A stretch of 64,000 bases of DNA, taken from Vicinamibacteria bacterium. GTDB taxonomy: Bacteria; Acidobacteriota; Vicinamibacteria; Marinacidobacterales; Marinacidobacteraceae. The position numbers were made by a program, and so were the translations under genes. Within the stretch, counting starts at the first letter, position 1. Every line of letters starts with the position of its first letter. The stretch spans positions 1,056,001-1,120,000 of the forward strand of contig OY821641.1 in the NCBI GenBank assembly GCA_963555995.3. Reading direction: 5' to 3'. The notes below the pieces were generated by a model that saw only the letters and a program-made list of their open reading frames with translations, was not told the DNA's origin and did no database searches. Below, in pieces: positions 62,490-64,000 of the stretch.

Positions 62490-63791
62490 CTAACCCGCGT
62501 TGCGGAGGAGGTAGTCCACCAGCAGGTTGGACATCACCCGCATGCCGATCGCCACCGAGGCGTTGTCGGCGCGGAAGAACGGGGAATGGTGCGGCCCGGT
62601 CCTGGTCCCCTCGCGGTGGATGCCCAGCCGGTAGAAGAAGCCGGGCACTTCGTTCGCGAAGTAGGAGAAGTCCTCGCCGCCCATCGTCGGGTCGAGTTCG
62701 CGGGTGTTCTCCGCGCCGACGATCTCCCGTACCGTGCCGACCATCTCGGCGGTGAGTTCGCGGTCGTTGATCGTCGCCGGAAAACCCCGGTCGTAGGTGA
62801 GCGCGTACGAGCCGCCCCCGGAGGCGGTGATGCCGGCGAGCACCTCGTTCATGCGCGCCTCCACGAGGTCCCGGACCTCGGGGTCGTAGCTTCGTACCGT
62901 GCCCTCGATGTCCACCGACTCCGGAATGATGTTGAACCGCTGGCCGCCGTGGACCATGCCGACCGTCACCACCACCGGCTGGAGGGGATGCACGTTCCGG
63001 GAGGCGATGGTCTGGAGCGAGAGGATGGCCTGGGAGGCCATGACGACGGGGTCCACGCCCGCCTGCGGCTGCGCCCCGTGCGTCTGGACGCCGGTGATGG
63101 TGGCCCGGAAGTGGTCCACCGCGGCGAGCGCCGGACCCGGGGTGTATCCGATCACGCCGAGGGGCAACCCGGACAGGGTGTGGAGGCCGAAGATGGCCTG
63201 TGGCCGGGGATCGTCGAAGGCGCCCTCTTCGAGCATGAGTTTGGCGCCGCCCTCTTCGCCCGGCGGCGGTCCCTCCTCGGCGGGCTGGAAGATGAACAGG
63301 ACCGTGCCCGGGATGTCGTCCCGCATTGCGGCAAGCACCGAGGCCACGCCGTACTGGACCGCGGTGTGGACGTCGTGGCCGCAGGCGTGCATCACCCCGA
63401 CCTCCTGGTCGTTGTAGGTGGTGCGCACCCTGGACGCGAACGGTAGATCGGTGTCTTCGGTCACCGGGAGGGCGTCCATGTCGGCGCGCACCGCCACCAC
63501 CGCTCCGGGCTTCCCGCCCTTCAGGACGCCGACGACGCCGGTGTGCGCGACGTTTTCGCGCACGTCATCGAAGCCGAGTTCGCGGAGGTGTTCGGCCACC
63601 ATCCGCGCGGTCTCGAACTCGCGGTTCCCGAGTTCGGGGAACTCGTGGACGTGCTCCCGGAACGCGACGGTTTCCTCTTCGAAGCGGGACACCGCCTCCT
63701 GGATGCGGTCGTCCCAGGCGCCGAGTTCCTGGGCGGCGGCCGGCGCCGCGAGCGCGGTGAGCAGAGCGAAACCAGGAAGGCGGTGGAGCAT
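62490..63791 (-). CDS. M20D amidohydrolase, exported
   Basis: Signal peptide; HEFPELGN, RADMDALP, MHACGHD, FQPAEE and GEDFS motifs. Confidence 0.93.
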   Translation of the reverse strand: MLHRLPGFALLTALAAPAAAQELGAWDDRIQEAVSRFEEETVAFREHVHEFPELGNREFETARMVAEHLRELGFDDVRENVAHTGVVGVLKGGKPGAVVAVRADMDALPVTEDTDLPFASRVRTTYNDQEVGVMHACGHDVHTAVQYGVASVLAAMRDDIPGTVLFIFQPAEEGPPPGEEGGAKLMLEEGAFDDPRPQAIFGLHTLSGLPLGVIGYTPGPALAAVDHFRATITGVQTHGAQPQAGVDPVVMASQAILSLQTIASRNVHPLQPVVVTVGMVHGGQRFNIIPESVDIEGTVRSYDPEVRDLVEARMNEVLAGITASGGGSYALTYDRGFPATINDRELTAEMVGTVREIVGAENTRELDPTMGGEDFSYFANEVPGFFYRLGIHREGTRTGPHHSPFFRADNASVAIGMRVMSNLLVDYLLRNAG

Positions 63792-63846
63792 GGAGACCTC
63801 CGTCAGTGGGGCGGCGAGTGTACCGGGACGGGCTCCGGGTTCGCCG

Positions 63847-63999
63847 TCACGCGAAGGCGTTCGGCACGCCCCCGAATTCCAGGATGAACGCCCACTCCTC
63901 GGGTGTCACCCGCTGGACCGAGAGGCGCTGTCCCCGCTTCAGCAGCGACATGCCGGCGAGTTCGGGCAGGGTGCGGAGGATGGGGAGCCCGATCTCCTC
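63847..63999 (-). CDS. EVE domain protein, C-terminal fragment (cut by window edge)
   Basis: Manual translation EEIGLPILRTLPELAGMSLLKRGQRLSVQRVTPEEWAFILEF...*; RLSVQ.VT..EW resembles the EVE C-terminus. Confidence 0.75.
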   Translation of the reverse strand, partial: EEIGLPILRTLPELAGMSLLKRGQRLSVQRVTPEEWAFILEFGGVPNAFA

Positions 64000-64000
64000 G

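Overview
GC-rich bacterial chromosomal window. The gene content suggests a marine, possibly host-associated bacterium, but that is inference. It opens with the distal end of a complex I operon (nuoI-J-K-N, no nuoL/M) plus a ferredoxin. Next come envelope and redox genes, a block of Na+-coupled transporters with a K+-dependent membrane pyrophosphatase, djlA, a TolB-propeller/amidohydrolase and putP. The second half mixes a dispersed cyclic-amide (hydantoin-like) catabolic gene set (dihydropyrimidinase, D-carbamoylase, amino-acid ABC, OPT, AroM, DUF917, hydantoinase/oxoprolinase A-like, M20) with accessory and defence genes. These include three toxin-antitoxin pairs (one with a frameshifted antitoxin), a type III R-M system, an AAA14/DUF4143 ATPase and a low-GC GHKL-ATPase/nuclease fusion. 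Non-coding DNA is rich: a REP/REPIN-like hairpin family in about 10 clusters, a structured ~130-140 nt element in two copies with covarying stems, a 12-copy 14-bp repeat array with two alternating hairpin spacers, and a 23-bp-period repeat near an RHH gene. I saw no rRNA, tRNA, CRISPR-Cas, integrase or transposase. All family calls come from motif recognition by eye, not database searches.
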